Shown: piece by piece, positions 44,254 through 53,881 of the stretch
Layout: every line of letters starts with the position of its first letter
Position numbering within the stretch: position 1 is the first letter of the stretch
Source: an uncultured beta proteobacterium
GTDB lineage: Bacteria > Pseudomonadota > Gammaproteobacteria > Burkholderiales > Burkholderiaceae_F
Length of the DNA: 64,000 nucleotides
Direction of reading: 5' to 3'
Assembly: GCA_963726405.1 (NCBI GenBank)
Contig: CAVSCF010000009.1
Span: forward strand, 9,980-73,979
The notes under the pieces: model-generated
What the model was told of the DNA's origin: nothing
Database searches by the model: none
What the model saw: only the letters and a program-made list of their open reading frames with translations
Position numbers and translations under genes: made by a program

Positions 44254-45041
44254 TGGCGAAGGTCCATTCGACCGCGCTGGTCGATCCGAAGGCGGAACTG
44301 GCCGCCGATGTCGAGGTCGGGCCGTACTGCATCGTGGGGCCTTTGGTGAAGCTGGGGCCTGGCACGGTGCTCGACGCGCACGTGGTGGTCGGCGGGCGCA
44401 CGACCGTCGGCCGCGGCAACCGGTTCTTCCCGTTCTGCGCGATCGGCGGCGCGCCGCAGGACAAGAAGTACGGCGGCGAGGACACCGAACTCGTCATCGG
44501 CGACGGCAATACGGTGCGCGAGCACTGCACGTTCAGCCTCGGCACGGTGCAGGGCGGCGGCGTGACGCGCGTCGGTTCCGACAACTGGATCATGGCGTCG
44601 GTGCACATCGCGCACGACTGCATGGTGGGCGACCACACGATCCTCGCCAACAACGTGACGCTCGCGGGCCACGTGACGCTCGGCGACTGGGTGATCCTCG
44701 GCGGACTGTCCGGACTGCACCAGTTCTGCAGCGTGGGCGCGCATGCGATGGCGGGCGGCGGCTCGATCATCCTTCGCGACATCCCGCCCTACGTGATCTG
44801 CAACGGCAATCCGTGCGCACCGCACGGCATCAACAGCGAAGGCCTGAAGCGGCGCGGATTCGACGGCGACACCATCAACCAGCTGCGCCGCGCCTACAAG
44901 GCGATCTATCGCGACGGCAAGACGGTGGCCGAGGCGGTGGCCGCGCTCGACGAACTGATCGCCGAGGCGCCGGCGTCGGCCGGCGCCGTCGCATTGCTGC
45001 GCGACTTCGTGCGCGACGCGCCCCGCGGCATCATCCGCTGA
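44253..45041 (+). CDS. lpxA: acyl-ACP--UDP-N-acetylglucosamine O-acyltransferase
   Basis: Reads [29 protein letters not shown].. with hexapeptide repeats. The start overlaps the fabZ stop. Confidence 0.96.
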   Translation: MAKVHSTALVDPKAELAADVEVGPYCIVGPLVKLGPGTVLDAHVVVGGRTTVGRGNRFFPFCAIGGAPQDKKYGGEDTELVIGDGNTVREHCTFSLGTVQGGGVTRVGSDNWIMASVHIAHDCMVGDHTILANNVTLAGHVTLGDWVILGGLSGLHQFCSVGAHAMAGGGSIILRDIPPYVICNGNPCAPHGINSEGLKRRGFDGDTINQLRRAYKAIYRDGKTVAEAVAALDELIAEAPASAGAVALLRDFVRDAPRGIIR

Positions 45042-46189
45042 TGAACGTCGCCTCCAGCATCGCCTTCGTCGCCGGCGAGGCGTCGGGCGACCTGCTGGCG
45101 GCGGGCGTGCTGGCCGAACTGAAGCGACGTGAACCCGACACGCCCCTGTGCGGCGTCGGCGGCGATCGCATGATCGAGGCGGGTTTCGACGCCTGGCACC
45201 ACGTGCGCGAATTGTCCGTGCGCGGCTACGTCGAAGTGCTGCGCCACCTGCCGCGGCTGCTGCGGCTGCGCAGCGAGTTGCTGCAGCGGGTCTCCACGCT
45301 GCGGCCGCGCGTCTTCGTCGGCATCGACGCACCCGACTTCAACCTCGGGCTGGAAGAGAAGCTGCGGGCGCGCGGGGTTCGCACCGTGCAGATGGTGAGT
45401 CCCTCGGTGTGGGCGTGGCGGCGCGAGCGCATGGTGCAGATCCGGCGCGCGGTCGACCGCATGCTGCTCGTGTTTCCCTTCGAGCAGGCGCTGTACGACG
45501 ATGCGGGAATCCCGGCGACGTACGTGGGCCATCCCCTGGCCGCGGTGATTCCGCTGGTGCCGGATGCATCGGCGGCGCGGGCACGCCTCGGTCTCGCGCC
45601 GGATGCGACGCTGGTGGCCGTGCTGCCGGGTTCGCGCCCCGACGAGGTTCGCTTCCTCGCCCCGACCTTCGTCGCCGCGATGGCGCGGATGAAGAGCGCC
45701 TCGCCCGGTCTTTCGTTCGTCCTGCCGGTGGCCGACGCGTCGCTGCGGCCGATGATCGACGACGCGCTGCACCGGCACCCGCAGCTCGCCGGCTGCGTCA
45801 CCCTCGCGGCGGGCCGGTCGCACGACTGCCTCGAGGCGTCCGACGTGGTGCTGGTCGCCAGCGGCACGGCGACGCTCGAAGCGGCCCTGTACAAGCGCCC
45901 GATGGTCATTTCGTATCGCACGCCGTGGCTGTCCGCATGGATCATCCGGCGCAAGGGCTACATTCCGTACCTGGGACTGCCGAACATCATGGCCGGCGAG
46001 TTCGTCGTGCCGGAGTTCCTGCAGGAAGCGGCAACTCCGGAGGCACTCGCGCGAGCCGTGCTCGACCAGCTGGGCGACCACGCGGGCCGCGCGAAGCTCG
46101 CGGCCCGGTTCACCGACATGCATCACGCGCTCAGGCGCGACACGTCGCGACTGGCCGCCGACGCCATCCTTGCCGAAGCCAACCGATGA
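45040..46189 (+). CDS. lpxB: lipid-A-disaccharide synthase
   Basis: Reads ..[28 protein letters not shown]... The ATG overlaps the lpxA stop. Confidence 0.94.
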
Positions 46190-46833
46190 GGCGCGGCCGG
46201 CTTCCGAACCTGGACCTCTTCGAGCAGGCCGCTCTCGCAAGCGGCCGCATCTGCGGCATCGACGAGGCCGGGCGCGGACCGCTGGCCGGTCCGGTCGTCG
46301 CCGCCGCGGTGATCCTCGACCCCGGGCGTCGCATCAACGGATTGCGGGATTCCAAGGTGCTGACCCCGGCGCGGCGCGAGGAACTGGCGGCGCGCATTCG
46401 CGAACGTGCGATCGCCTTCGCCGTGGCCGAAGCGAGCGTCGAGGAGATCGACGAACTGAACATCCTGCAGGCGAGCCTGCTGGCCATGCGGCGCGCGGTC
46501 GACGCGCTGCAGGTGCTTCCCGAGTACGCGCTGGTCGACGGCAACCAGATGCCGCGCCTGACGATGCCCGGCCGGGCCATCGTGGCCGGCGACGCCCTGG
46601 AGCCGGCCATCTCGGCGGCGTCGATCCTCGCCAAGACCGCGCGCGACGCGATGATGCGGTCGTTCGATGCGGCCCATCCGGGCTACGGCTTCGCGCAGCA
46701 CATGGGCTACGGCACGCGGGAGCACCTCGACTGCCTGCAACGACTGGGGCCGTGCGTCCTGCACCGCCGCAGCTTCGCGCCGGTGCGCGGAATGGTGGAC
46801 GTCGCTTCCCGTGCGCATCACCTCGCCCGATAA
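46186..46833 (+). CDS. rnhB: ribonuclease HII
   Basis: Reads ..[29 protein letters not shown]-like SILAK... The ATG overlaps the lpxB stop. Confidence 0.94.
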   Translation: MRRGRLPNLDLFEQAALASGRICGIDEAGRGPLAGPVVAAAVILDPGRRINGLRDSKVLTPARREELAARIRERAIAFAVAEASVEEIDELNILQASLLAMRRAVDALQVLPEYALVDGNQMPRLTMPGRAIVAGDALEPAISAASILAKTARDAMMRSFDAAHPGYGFAQHMGYGTREHLDCLQRLGPCVLHRRSFAPVRGMVDVASRAHHLAR

Positions 46834-47599
46834 CCCGGTCGTGCGCCGGCTCAGGCGCCTGGCCGATTCCGCGCGCGCGTGCCGCGAGGCCGGCCGCACG
46901 CTGGCCGAAGGGCTGCACGTGATCGATGCCGCCCTGGCGGCCAAGGTCGGGATCGTCACGCTCGCAACGCGCGGCACTCCATCGACCAGCGTCGCGGCGC
47001 TGATCGAACGGGTGCAGGCGGCGCACGCTGCGCTGAAGTGCATCGAACTGGGCGCGACCCTCTATGACGCCATATCGCCGGTCGAGCACGGCGTGGGTGT
47101 TCTCGCCGAGATCGCGATTCCCGCCCACGAATCACCGCCTGCCCTCGACGAGGACGCCGTGTATCTCGACGCCATCCAGGACCCGGGCAATGTCGGAACG
47201 CTGCTGCGCACGGCGGCCGCCGCCGGCGTGCGACGCATCGTCCTGGGAACGGGCTCCGCGTATGCCTGGGCGCCGAAGGTCATGCGGGCGGCGATGGGGG
47301 CGCATTTCGCGCTGCACATCGTCGAGAACAGCGATGTGGCGGCCGTTGCAACGAACTTCAGGGGCACCGTCATCGCCGCCGATCTTGAAGGCGAGGACCT
47401 GTACGCGGCGGAGTGGGGTCGCGGACCGACGCTCTGGTTGTTCGGCTCGGAAGGGCAGGGATTGAGTCCCGAGGCGAGGGCGGCGGCCCGGCTTCGGTTG
47501 CGGATTCCGCTCGCGACTCCGGTGGAATCGCTGAACGTCTCGGCCGCCGCCGCGGTCTGCCTGTTCGAGCAGGCGCGCCGCCGGCGTCGCTACAGGTAG
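46811..47599 (+). CDS. TrmH/SpoU family RNA 2'-O-methyltransferase
   Basis: A GTG start is proposed. SpoU motifs are [24 protein letters not shown] and [22 protein letters not shown]. Confidence 0.8.
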   Translation: MRITSPDNPVVRRLRRLADSARACREAGRTLAEGLHVIDAALAAKVGIVTLATRGTPSTSVAALIERVQAAHAALKCIELGATLYDAISPVEHGVGVLAEIAIPAHESPPALDEDAVYLDAIQDPGNVGTLLRTAAAAGVRRIVLGTGSAYAWAPKVMRAAMGAHFALHIVENSDVAAVATNFRGTVIAADLEGEDLYAAEWGRGPTLWLFGSEGQGLSPEARAAARLRLRIPLATPVESLNVSAAAAVCLFEQARRRRRYR

Positions 47600-47883
47600 G
47601 ACACGTCCACGCAGACGATCTTGCCGTCCTTGCCCTTCCCGAACTCGACGACCGTTTTCTCGTCGACCTGGTTCATATTTTCGGGGTTGAACGTCTTTTT
47701 CACGTAGACGTAGCGCGGGCCCTCGCTCCCGCTTTCGATCGCGTCGGGTTTGCCGAAGCTGCTCAGCACTTCTTCCGGCGAGCGGTCGATGACCTTGCCG
47801 TGGAACACGCCGCGCTGGAACCCCCCCTGGCCGCACGCGGCAAGCACGGTGGCAACCACGGCGGCCATCAGGAACCTTTTCAT
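47590..47883 (-). CDS. hypothetical lipoprotein
   Basis: The 97-aa ORF has a signal peptide with a lipobox (VLAAC). No family was recognised. Confidence 0.6.
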   Translation of the reverse strand: MKRFLMAAVVATVLAACGQGGFQRGVFHGKVIDRSPEEVLSSFGKPDAIESGSEGPRYVYVKKTFNPENMNQVDEKTVVEFGKGKDGKIVCVDVSYL

Positions 47884-47974
47884 GTCGCCCTCCCTTTCGG
47901 TCGTGTTGTGTTGACCGCGGCGGACGGTAGCGGCGGCGGCTTAGGGGAAGCTGTCGGCCGGCCGGGAGGGAGGT

Positions 47975-48823
47975 CTAGAAGGCCCGGCGCTCCAGGCGGA
48001 TCTCCTGCATGATGGTCGCGGCGATCTCCTCGATCGACTTGGTCGTTGACGACAGCCAGCGGATGTTCTCGCGCCTCATCATGCGTTCAGCCGCTTCCAC
48101 CTCGTAGCGGCAGTTGTCGAGCGATGCATAGCGGCTGTTGGGCCGCCGCTCGTTGCGCACCTCGGTCAGCCGTTCCGGCGCGATCGACAGGCCGAAGAGC
48201 TTGCTCTTGTGATGGGGCAGGGCCGTGGGCAACTGGCCGCGCTCGAAGTCCTCGGGGATCAGAGGGTAGTTGGCCGCCTTCACGCCGTACTGCATGGCGA
48301 GGTAGAGGCTGGTCGGCGTCTTGCCCGAGCGCGACACGCCCACCAGGATGACGTCCGCCGCCGCGAGCCCCTTGGCCGACTGGCCGTCGTCGTGGGCAAG
48401 GGCGAAGTTGATCGCCTCGATCCGGTTCTTGTAGTCCTCGGAGTTGACCGCGATGTTGTGCGAGCGGCCGATCGTGTGCGTGCTCTTGAGGCCGAGCTCG
48501 CGCTCGAGCGGCTCGACGAACGTCTCGAACATCTCGATGAAGAATGCCTGGGCGCTCGCCTTCAGCGTCGCCGCCACCGACGAATCGACCAGCGTCGAGA
48601 ACACGATGGGACGCTTGCCGTCGCGCTCGCCCGCCTCGTTGATTCGGGCGCCGGCCTCGCGTGCCATGTCGGCCGAGTCGATGAACGGAATGCGCTGCGG
48701 GCGGTAGCGGAGCTGCTCGAACTGCGTCAGGACGCTGTGACCGAGGGTTTCGGCCGTGATGCCGGTGCCGTCGGACACGAAGAACACCGTGCGGTCGTAG
48801 CTGGTCAGTGGGCGATCGGGCAT
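47975..48823 (-). CDS. ppsR: PEP synthase regulatory protein (bifunctional kinase/pyrophosphorylase)
   Basis: Internal ATG at 48823. Reads ..[34 protein letters not shown]... It is divergent from ppsA. Confidence 0.92.
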   Translation of the reverse strand: MPDRPLTSYDRTVFFVSDGTGITAETLGHSVLTQFEQLRYRPQRIPFIDSADMAREAGARINEAGERDGKRPIVFSTLVDSSVAATLKASAQAFFIEMFETFVEPLERELGLKSTHTIGRSHNIAVNSEDYKNRIEAINFALAHDDGQSAKGLAAADVILVGVSRSGKTPTSLYLAMQYGVKAANYPLIPEDFERGQLPTALPHHKSKLFGLSIAPERLTEVRNERRPNSRYASLDNCRYEVEAAERMMRRENIRWLSSTTKSIEEIAATIMQEIRLERRAF

Positions 48824-48921
48824 GGGGGCTCGTTGATGCGGCGCACGATGAAACCGGCGCGACCGGTAAAATCCAGCGGATTCTGTCATACCCCTCGATC
48901 GCGACCTTCCCCGGAGAGCTC

Positions 48922-51291
48922 ATGCAACGCGGCCAGTACGTCGTCCCGTTCTCGCAACTTCGAATGACCGACGTGGAATCGGTCGGGGGCAAGAACGCGT
49001 CGCTGGGCGAGATGCTGAGCCAGCTGTCCGCCGCCGGGTTGCGCGTGCCCGACGGCTTCGCCACGACGGCCGAGGCGTTCCGCCTCTTCATCGACGAGGG
49101 CGGACTGCGCCAGCGCATCGGCGCCCGTCTGGATGCACTCAATGTCGACGACGTGCGGGCGCTGGCCGACGCCGGGCAGCAGATCCGTTCGTGGCTGATC
49201 AACACGCCACTTCCAGTAAAGCTTGAACAAGAGATTCGCTCTATTTTTCAAGAGCTTGTCGGCGCTTCTTCGAGTGAAATGACGTTCGCGGTCCGGTCCA
49301 GCGCGACCGCTGAAGACCTTCCGGACGCTTCCTTTGCCGGGCAGCAGGAGACCTTCCTGAACGTGGCCGGCATCGACGCGGTGCTGGAGCGGATCCATCA
49401 CGTCTTTGCCTCCCTGTACAACGACCGCGCCATCGCCTACCGCGTCCACAAGGGTTTCGCCCACGCCGACGTCGCCCTGTCCGCCGGCGTCCAGCGGATG
49501 GTGCGCAGCGACCGCGGATCGTCCGGCGTCATGTTCACGATGGACACCGAGTCGGGCTTCGACGGCGTCGTCTTCATCACGTCGAGCTACGGGCTCGGGG
49601 AGACCGTCGTGCAGGGCGCCGTGAATCCCGACGAGTTCTACGTGCACAAGGCGATGCTCGCGGCCGGCAAGTTCCCGATCATCCGGCGCTCGCTCGGTTC
49701 GAAGCTCATCAAGATGGAGTTCGATCCCCGTGGCCAGCCCGGCCGGACGGTGCGCACGGTGGATGTCGGCGAAGCCGAACGGCACCGCTTCTCGCTCAGC
49801 GACGACGACGTGCTCGAACTGGCCCGCTCCGCAATGACGATCGAGAAGCACTATGCGCGGCCGATGGACATCGAGTGGGGCCGGGACGGCGTCGACGGGA
49901 AGATCTACATCCTGCAGGCGCGCCCCGAGACGGTGAAGTCCCGCGGCGATACGCAGCAGCGATACAAGCTGAAGGGCAAGGGCGAGATCCTCGCGACGGG
50001 TCGCGCCATCGGGCAGAAGATCGGCGTGGGCCGTGTGCGCATCGTCGAGGACTCCAGCGAAATGGAGCGGGTCCATCCGGGCGACATCCTGGTCACCGAC
50101 ATGACCGATCCCAACTGGGAGCCGGTGATGAAGCGGGCGGCGGCGATCGTCACCAATCGGGGCGGCCGTACCTGCCATGCGGCGATCATCGCGCGCGAAC
50201 TCGGCATCCCGGCCGTGGTGGGCTGCGGCGACGCCACGCGCGTGCTGAAGGAAGGCGACGAGGTCACGGTGTCCTGCGCCGAGGGCGACACCGGCAACAT
50301 CTACGCCGGCAAGCTCGAAATGGAAGTCGAGAGCGTCCGCCAGGGGGTGCTGCCCGAGATCCCCGTGAAGATCATGATGAACGTGGGCAACCCGCAACTG
50401 GCGTTCGACTTCCAGTCGCTGCCCAATTCCGGCGTCGGCCTCGCCCGGCTCGAGTTCATCATCAACAACAACATCGGCGTGCACCCGAAGGCGGTGCTCG
50501 ACTATCCGAACCTCGACCCCGAACTGAAGAACGCGGTCGAGCGGCTGGCGGCCGGCTACTCCAATCCACGCGCGTTCTTCGAGGCCAAGCTCGCGGAAGG
50601 CATCGCCACGATCGGCGCGGCCTTCTGGCCGAAGCCGGTGATCGTGCGGATGTCGGACTTCAAGAGCAACGAGTACAAGAAACTGATCGGCGGTTCGCGC
50701 TACGAGCCGGACGAAGAGAACCCGATGCTCGGGTTCCGGGGCGCCGCGCGCTACATCGCCGACTCCTTCCGCGAGTGCTTCCGGCTCGAGGCGGCCGCGC
50801 TGAAGAAGGTCCGCAACGAGATGGGCCTGACGAACGTGGAGATCATGATCCCGTTCGTACGCACGCTGGCCGAGGCGAAGGGCGTCACGGAACTGCTGGC
50901 CGCGCACGGGCTGAAGCGCGGGGAAAACGGCCTGCGCCTGATCATGATGTGCGAGATCCCGTCCAACGCGGTGCTGGCGGACGACTTCCTCGAGTACTTC
51001 GACGGCTTCTCGATCGGCTCGAACGACCTGACGCAGCTCACGCTCGGCCTCGACCGCGACTCGGGCCTCGTCGCCGCCGGTTTCGACGAACGCGATCCCG
51101 CGGTGAAGGCGCTGCTCTCGATGGCGATCTCGGCCTGCCGCCGTCGCGGCAAGTACATCGGCATCTGCGGGCAGGGCCCCTCGGATCACGCGGACTTTGC
51201 CGCCTGGCTGATGGAGCAGGGCATCGAGTCGATCTCGCTCAACCCGGACACGGTGATCGAGACCTGGCAGCGCCTTGCGCGCCCGGCCTGA
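48922..51291 (+). CDS. ppsA: phosphoenolpyruvate synthase
   Basis: The 789-aa ORF is colinear with E. coli PpsA: ..[62 protein letters not shown].. Confidence 0.96.
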   Translation: MQRGQYVVPFSQLRMTDVESVGGKNASLGEMLSQLSAAGLRVPDGFATTAEAFRLFIDEGGLRQRIGARLDALNVDDVRALADAGQQIRSWLINTPLPVKLEQEIRSIFQELVGASSSEMTFAVRSSATAEDLPDASFAGQQETFLNVAGIDAVLERIHHVFASLYNDRAIAYRVHKGFAHADVALSAGVQRMVRSDRGSSGVMFTMDTESGFDGVVFITSSYGLGETVVQGAVNPDEFYVHKAMLAAGKFPIIRRSLGSKLIKMEFDPRGQPGRTVRTVDVGEAERHRFSLSDDDVLELARSAMTIEKHYARPMDIEWGRDGVDGKIYILQARPETVKSRGDTQQRYKLKGKGEILATGRAIGQKIGVGRVRIVEDSSEMERVHPGDILVTDMTDPNWEPVMKRAAAIVTNRGGRTCHAAIIARELGIPAVVGCGDATRVLKEGDEVTVSCAEGDTGNIYAGKLEMEVESVRQGVLPEIPVKIMMNVGNPQLAFDFQSLPNSGVGLARLEFIINNNIGVHPKAVLDYPNLDPELKNAVERLAAGYSNPRAFFEAKLAEGIATIGAAFWPKPVIVRMSDFKSNEYKKLIGGSRYEPDEENPMLGFRGAARYIADSFRECFRLEAAALKKVRNEMGLTNVEIMIPFVRTLAEAKGVTELLAAHGLKRGENGLRLIMMCEIPSNAVLADDFLEYFDGFSIGSNDLTQLTLGLDRDSGLVAAGFDERDPAVKALLSMAISACRRRGKYIGICGQGPSDHADFAAWLMEQGIESISLNPDTVIETWQRLARPA

Positions 51292-51396
51292 CGTTCGCTC
51301 GATAGTCTGTTCCAATACGGACGCGCCGACGAATGGTGTTCCCTGAGCGCTTGAATTGGCGCCCGGAGGAGGAAGGTTCGGGGTTGGAGGGTTTAC

Positions 51397-51825
51397 ATGT
51401 CTGGCTATGTCTGGTGGTTCGTCATCGGGTTCGGGCTGCTCGTCGCCGAACTGCTGACCGGCACGTTCTATCTCCTGATCATCGCGGTGGCGATGGGCGT
51501 GGCCGGCGTCGCGTACCTCGCCGGCGCGTCGCTCGCCCTTCAGCTCGTGATCGCGGCGGTGATCAGCCTCGGCGGCTCGATGTGGCTGCGCGCCACGAAG
51601 TGGGGCAAGCGCCTGCATGAGGCCGGCGACGATCGCGTCCAGCACATGGATCTCGGCCAATCGTTGCGTGTCGACCACTGGACCGCGGCCCGCACGGCCC
51701 GCGCGCAGTATCGCGGCTCGGTCTGGGATGTCGAGCTCGCGCCGGGCGAGCAGCCGATCGCGGGCGACTTCGTGATCCGCGAAATCCAGGCCAACCGTCT
51801 CATCGTCGCCGCGAAGCCGCGGTAG
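51397..51825 (+). CDS. NfeD family membrane protein
   Basis: The 142-aa ORF has N-terminal TM helices and a C-terminal OB-like segment (..RGSVWDVEL..). It lies immediately upstream of an SPFH gene. Confidence 0.8.
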   Translation: MSGYVWWFVIGFGLLVAELLTGTFYLLIIAVAMGVAGVAYLAGASLALQLVIAAVISLGGSMWLRATKWGKRLHEAGDDRVQHMDLGQSLRVDHWTAARTARAQYRGSVWDVELAPGEQPIAGDFVIREIQANRLIVAAKPR

Positions 51826-51834
51826 GAGTCCCTC

Positions 51835-52779
51835 ATGTTCTCGATCGTTGACGGCGTCTCGGTCATCGCCATCGTCATCCTCGTCGTCGCGATCACGTTC
51901 GTGATCAAGGCGATCAAGGTGGTGCCGCAGCAGAATGCCTGGGTCGTCGAGCGGCTCGGCAAGTTCCACGCGGCGCTGCAGCCGGGCCTGAACATCGTGG
52001 TCCCGTTCATCGACCGCGTGGCGTACAAGCACAGCTTGAAGGAGGTCCCGCTCGACACGCCGAGCCAGGTCTGCATCACCAAGGACAACACCCAGCTGCA
52101 GGTCGACGGCGTGCTGTACTTCCAGGTGACCGACCCGCAGCGCGCCTCGTACGGCGCCAGCAACTACATCCTGGCGATCACCCAGCTCTCGCAGACGACA
52201 TTGCGCTCGGTGATCGGCAAGCTGGAACTCGACCGCACCTTCGAGGAGCGCGAGTTCATCAACCACAGCGTCGTTTCCGCCATCGACGAGGCGGCGATGA
52301 ACTGGGGCGTCAAGGTCCTGCGCTACGAGATCAAGGACATCACTCCGCCGAACGCCATCCTGCACGCGATGCAGCAGCAGATCACCGCCGAGCGCGAGAA
52401 GCGCGCGCTGATCGCGTCGTCCGAAGGCCGCAAGCAGGAGCAGATCAACATCGCCACCGGCGAGCGCGAGGCGCAGATTGCCCGCTCGGAGGGCGAGAAG
52501 ATGGCCCAGATCAACATCGCCCAGGGCGAGGCGGGCGCCGTGCTCGCCGTCGCGGAAGCGACGGCGCGCGCGATCCAGATGGTGGCCGAAACCATCCGCC
52601 AGCCGGGCGGCATCGAGGCCGTCAACCTGCGCGTGGCCGATCGCTACGTCGACGCGTTCGGCAACCTCGCGAAGACGAACAACACGCTGATCGTCCCCGC
52701 CAACCTCGCGGACGTGTCGAGCCTCATCGCGTCCGCGCTGACGGTCGTGAAGTCGCAGGGCGCGGCGCCGCGGGCGTGA
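51835..52779 (+). CDS. SPFH/band-7 (stomatin/paraslipin-like) protein
   Basis: The 314-aa ORF has an N-terminal anchor, then ..VVPQQNAWVVERLGKF.. and the PHB-domain body. Confidence 0.9.
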   Translation: MFSIVDGVSVIAIVILVVAITFVIKAIKVVPQQNAWVVERLGKFHAALQPGLNIVVPFIDRVAYKHSLKEVPLDTPSQVCITKDNTQLQVDGVLYFQVTDPQRASYGASNYILAITQLSQTTLRSVIGKLELDRTFEEREFINHSVVSAIDEAAMNWGVKVLRYEIKDITPPNAILHAMQQQITAEREKRALIASSEGRKQEQINIATGEREAQIARSEGEKMAQINIAQGEAGAVLAVAEATARAIQMVAETIRQPGGIEAVNLRVADRYVDAFGNLAKTNNTLIVPANLADVSSLIASALTVVKSQGAAPRA

Positions 52780-53240
52780 TCCCCTCCGCGCGGGGCGCCT
52801 GCGCACGCGGCCGCGCTCTCCCGCTGCGGTAACCCGCGGTCGCCAAGCAGGTCTGCGCAGGCCGCGACGACGACGAGCAAGTCGATCGGCTTGCCGAGGT
52901 GACGCTGAGAACCGCTGCGCAACGCCGGTTTGCGGTGTCGCAATTCATGTTCGTTGAAGCGGTCCCCTCGGCAGCATTGGAACCGGATGCATGTCGAGCG
53001 CTTTCCGCGGCATCCAGCACTTGGCTGCCGCAGGAAGAATCGTACGATTCACGTCGCATCGTCATTTGAGAAACTACGTAACCGAGTGGCGCGAGTTACG
53101 ATAGGTCAAGCCCCGCCGATACTGAGCTGCGCGCACCGCGAACCGAGCGCCGTCCATGCGAATGCGGGCCGGCCACTTGCGGCCGCGCGCGATCCGATGC
53201 GCGTGTCGCGCGTGTCGAACCACCGAGAACAGGAACCATC

Positions 53241-53827
53241 ATGAAAGAGACGAACAACAACCCCGTTGCCAGCTACATCGAGGCGCAGATGGCGGGGACG
53301 GCCGGGATCGTGCAGGCGGCCATGCACGGCGTGCAGCGCGTGCAGGAGATCCTGATGCGGGCCATGCGGGAAGGCGCAGGCGGTCAGATGGCGCTCGCGC
53401 GCTCCATCTCCGGTGCGCGCGACGCCGCGGACATTTCCCGCGTCGGCGAAGCGCACGCCGGGCCCGCGGCGGAGCAGTTCACGCGGTACCAGCAGGAGCT
53501 GATCGGCGCGGTCACCGAGATGAACACCGAAATGGTCCAGGCCAGTTATTCCATGATGGAACGGGTCAGCCAGGCGCTCGCCGCGCCGTCATCCGCGATG
53601 GGATTGCCAGCGGGTAGCCAGGCGGGCGGACCGATGGCGGCGTTCGAGGCCGGCATGCGGCAGTGGCAGGGCGCGATGGAGCAGCTGACGCAGGGCGTCC
53701 GCGGCCAGGCGTCCGACCAGGAGGGCGAGGACGACGAGGACGACGAAGAAGAGACGCCGAGGAGGTCGAGGAGCCAAAGCAGCGCCAGGCCCGCAAGGCG
53801 GTGGCCAAGCGCACGGGCCGGCGTTGA
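53241..53827 (+). CDS. phasin-family (PHA granule-associated) protein; the C-terminal tail needs a -1 frame correction near 53750
   Basis: The helical phasin-like body reads ..GARDAADISRVGEAHAGPAAEQFTRYQQELIGAVTEMNTEMVQ... The track ORF (to 53972) reads through the hairpin and into the convergent kinase gene. The adjacent frame gives ..DAEEVEEPKQRQARKAVAKRTGRR-stop at 53825-53827, just before the hairpin. Confidence 0.55.
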
Positions 53828-53855
53828 ACGCCTGCCGCTGACCGTCCGTCTTTCC

Positions 53856-53880
53856 CCGCGCCGCGGACACCGCGGCGCGG
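53856..53880. terminator. perfect 11-bp-stem hairpin between convergent genes
   Basis: CCGCGCCGCGG-ACA-CCGCGGCGCGG. There is no U-tract on either side. Confidence 0.5.
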
Positions 53881-53881
53881 C

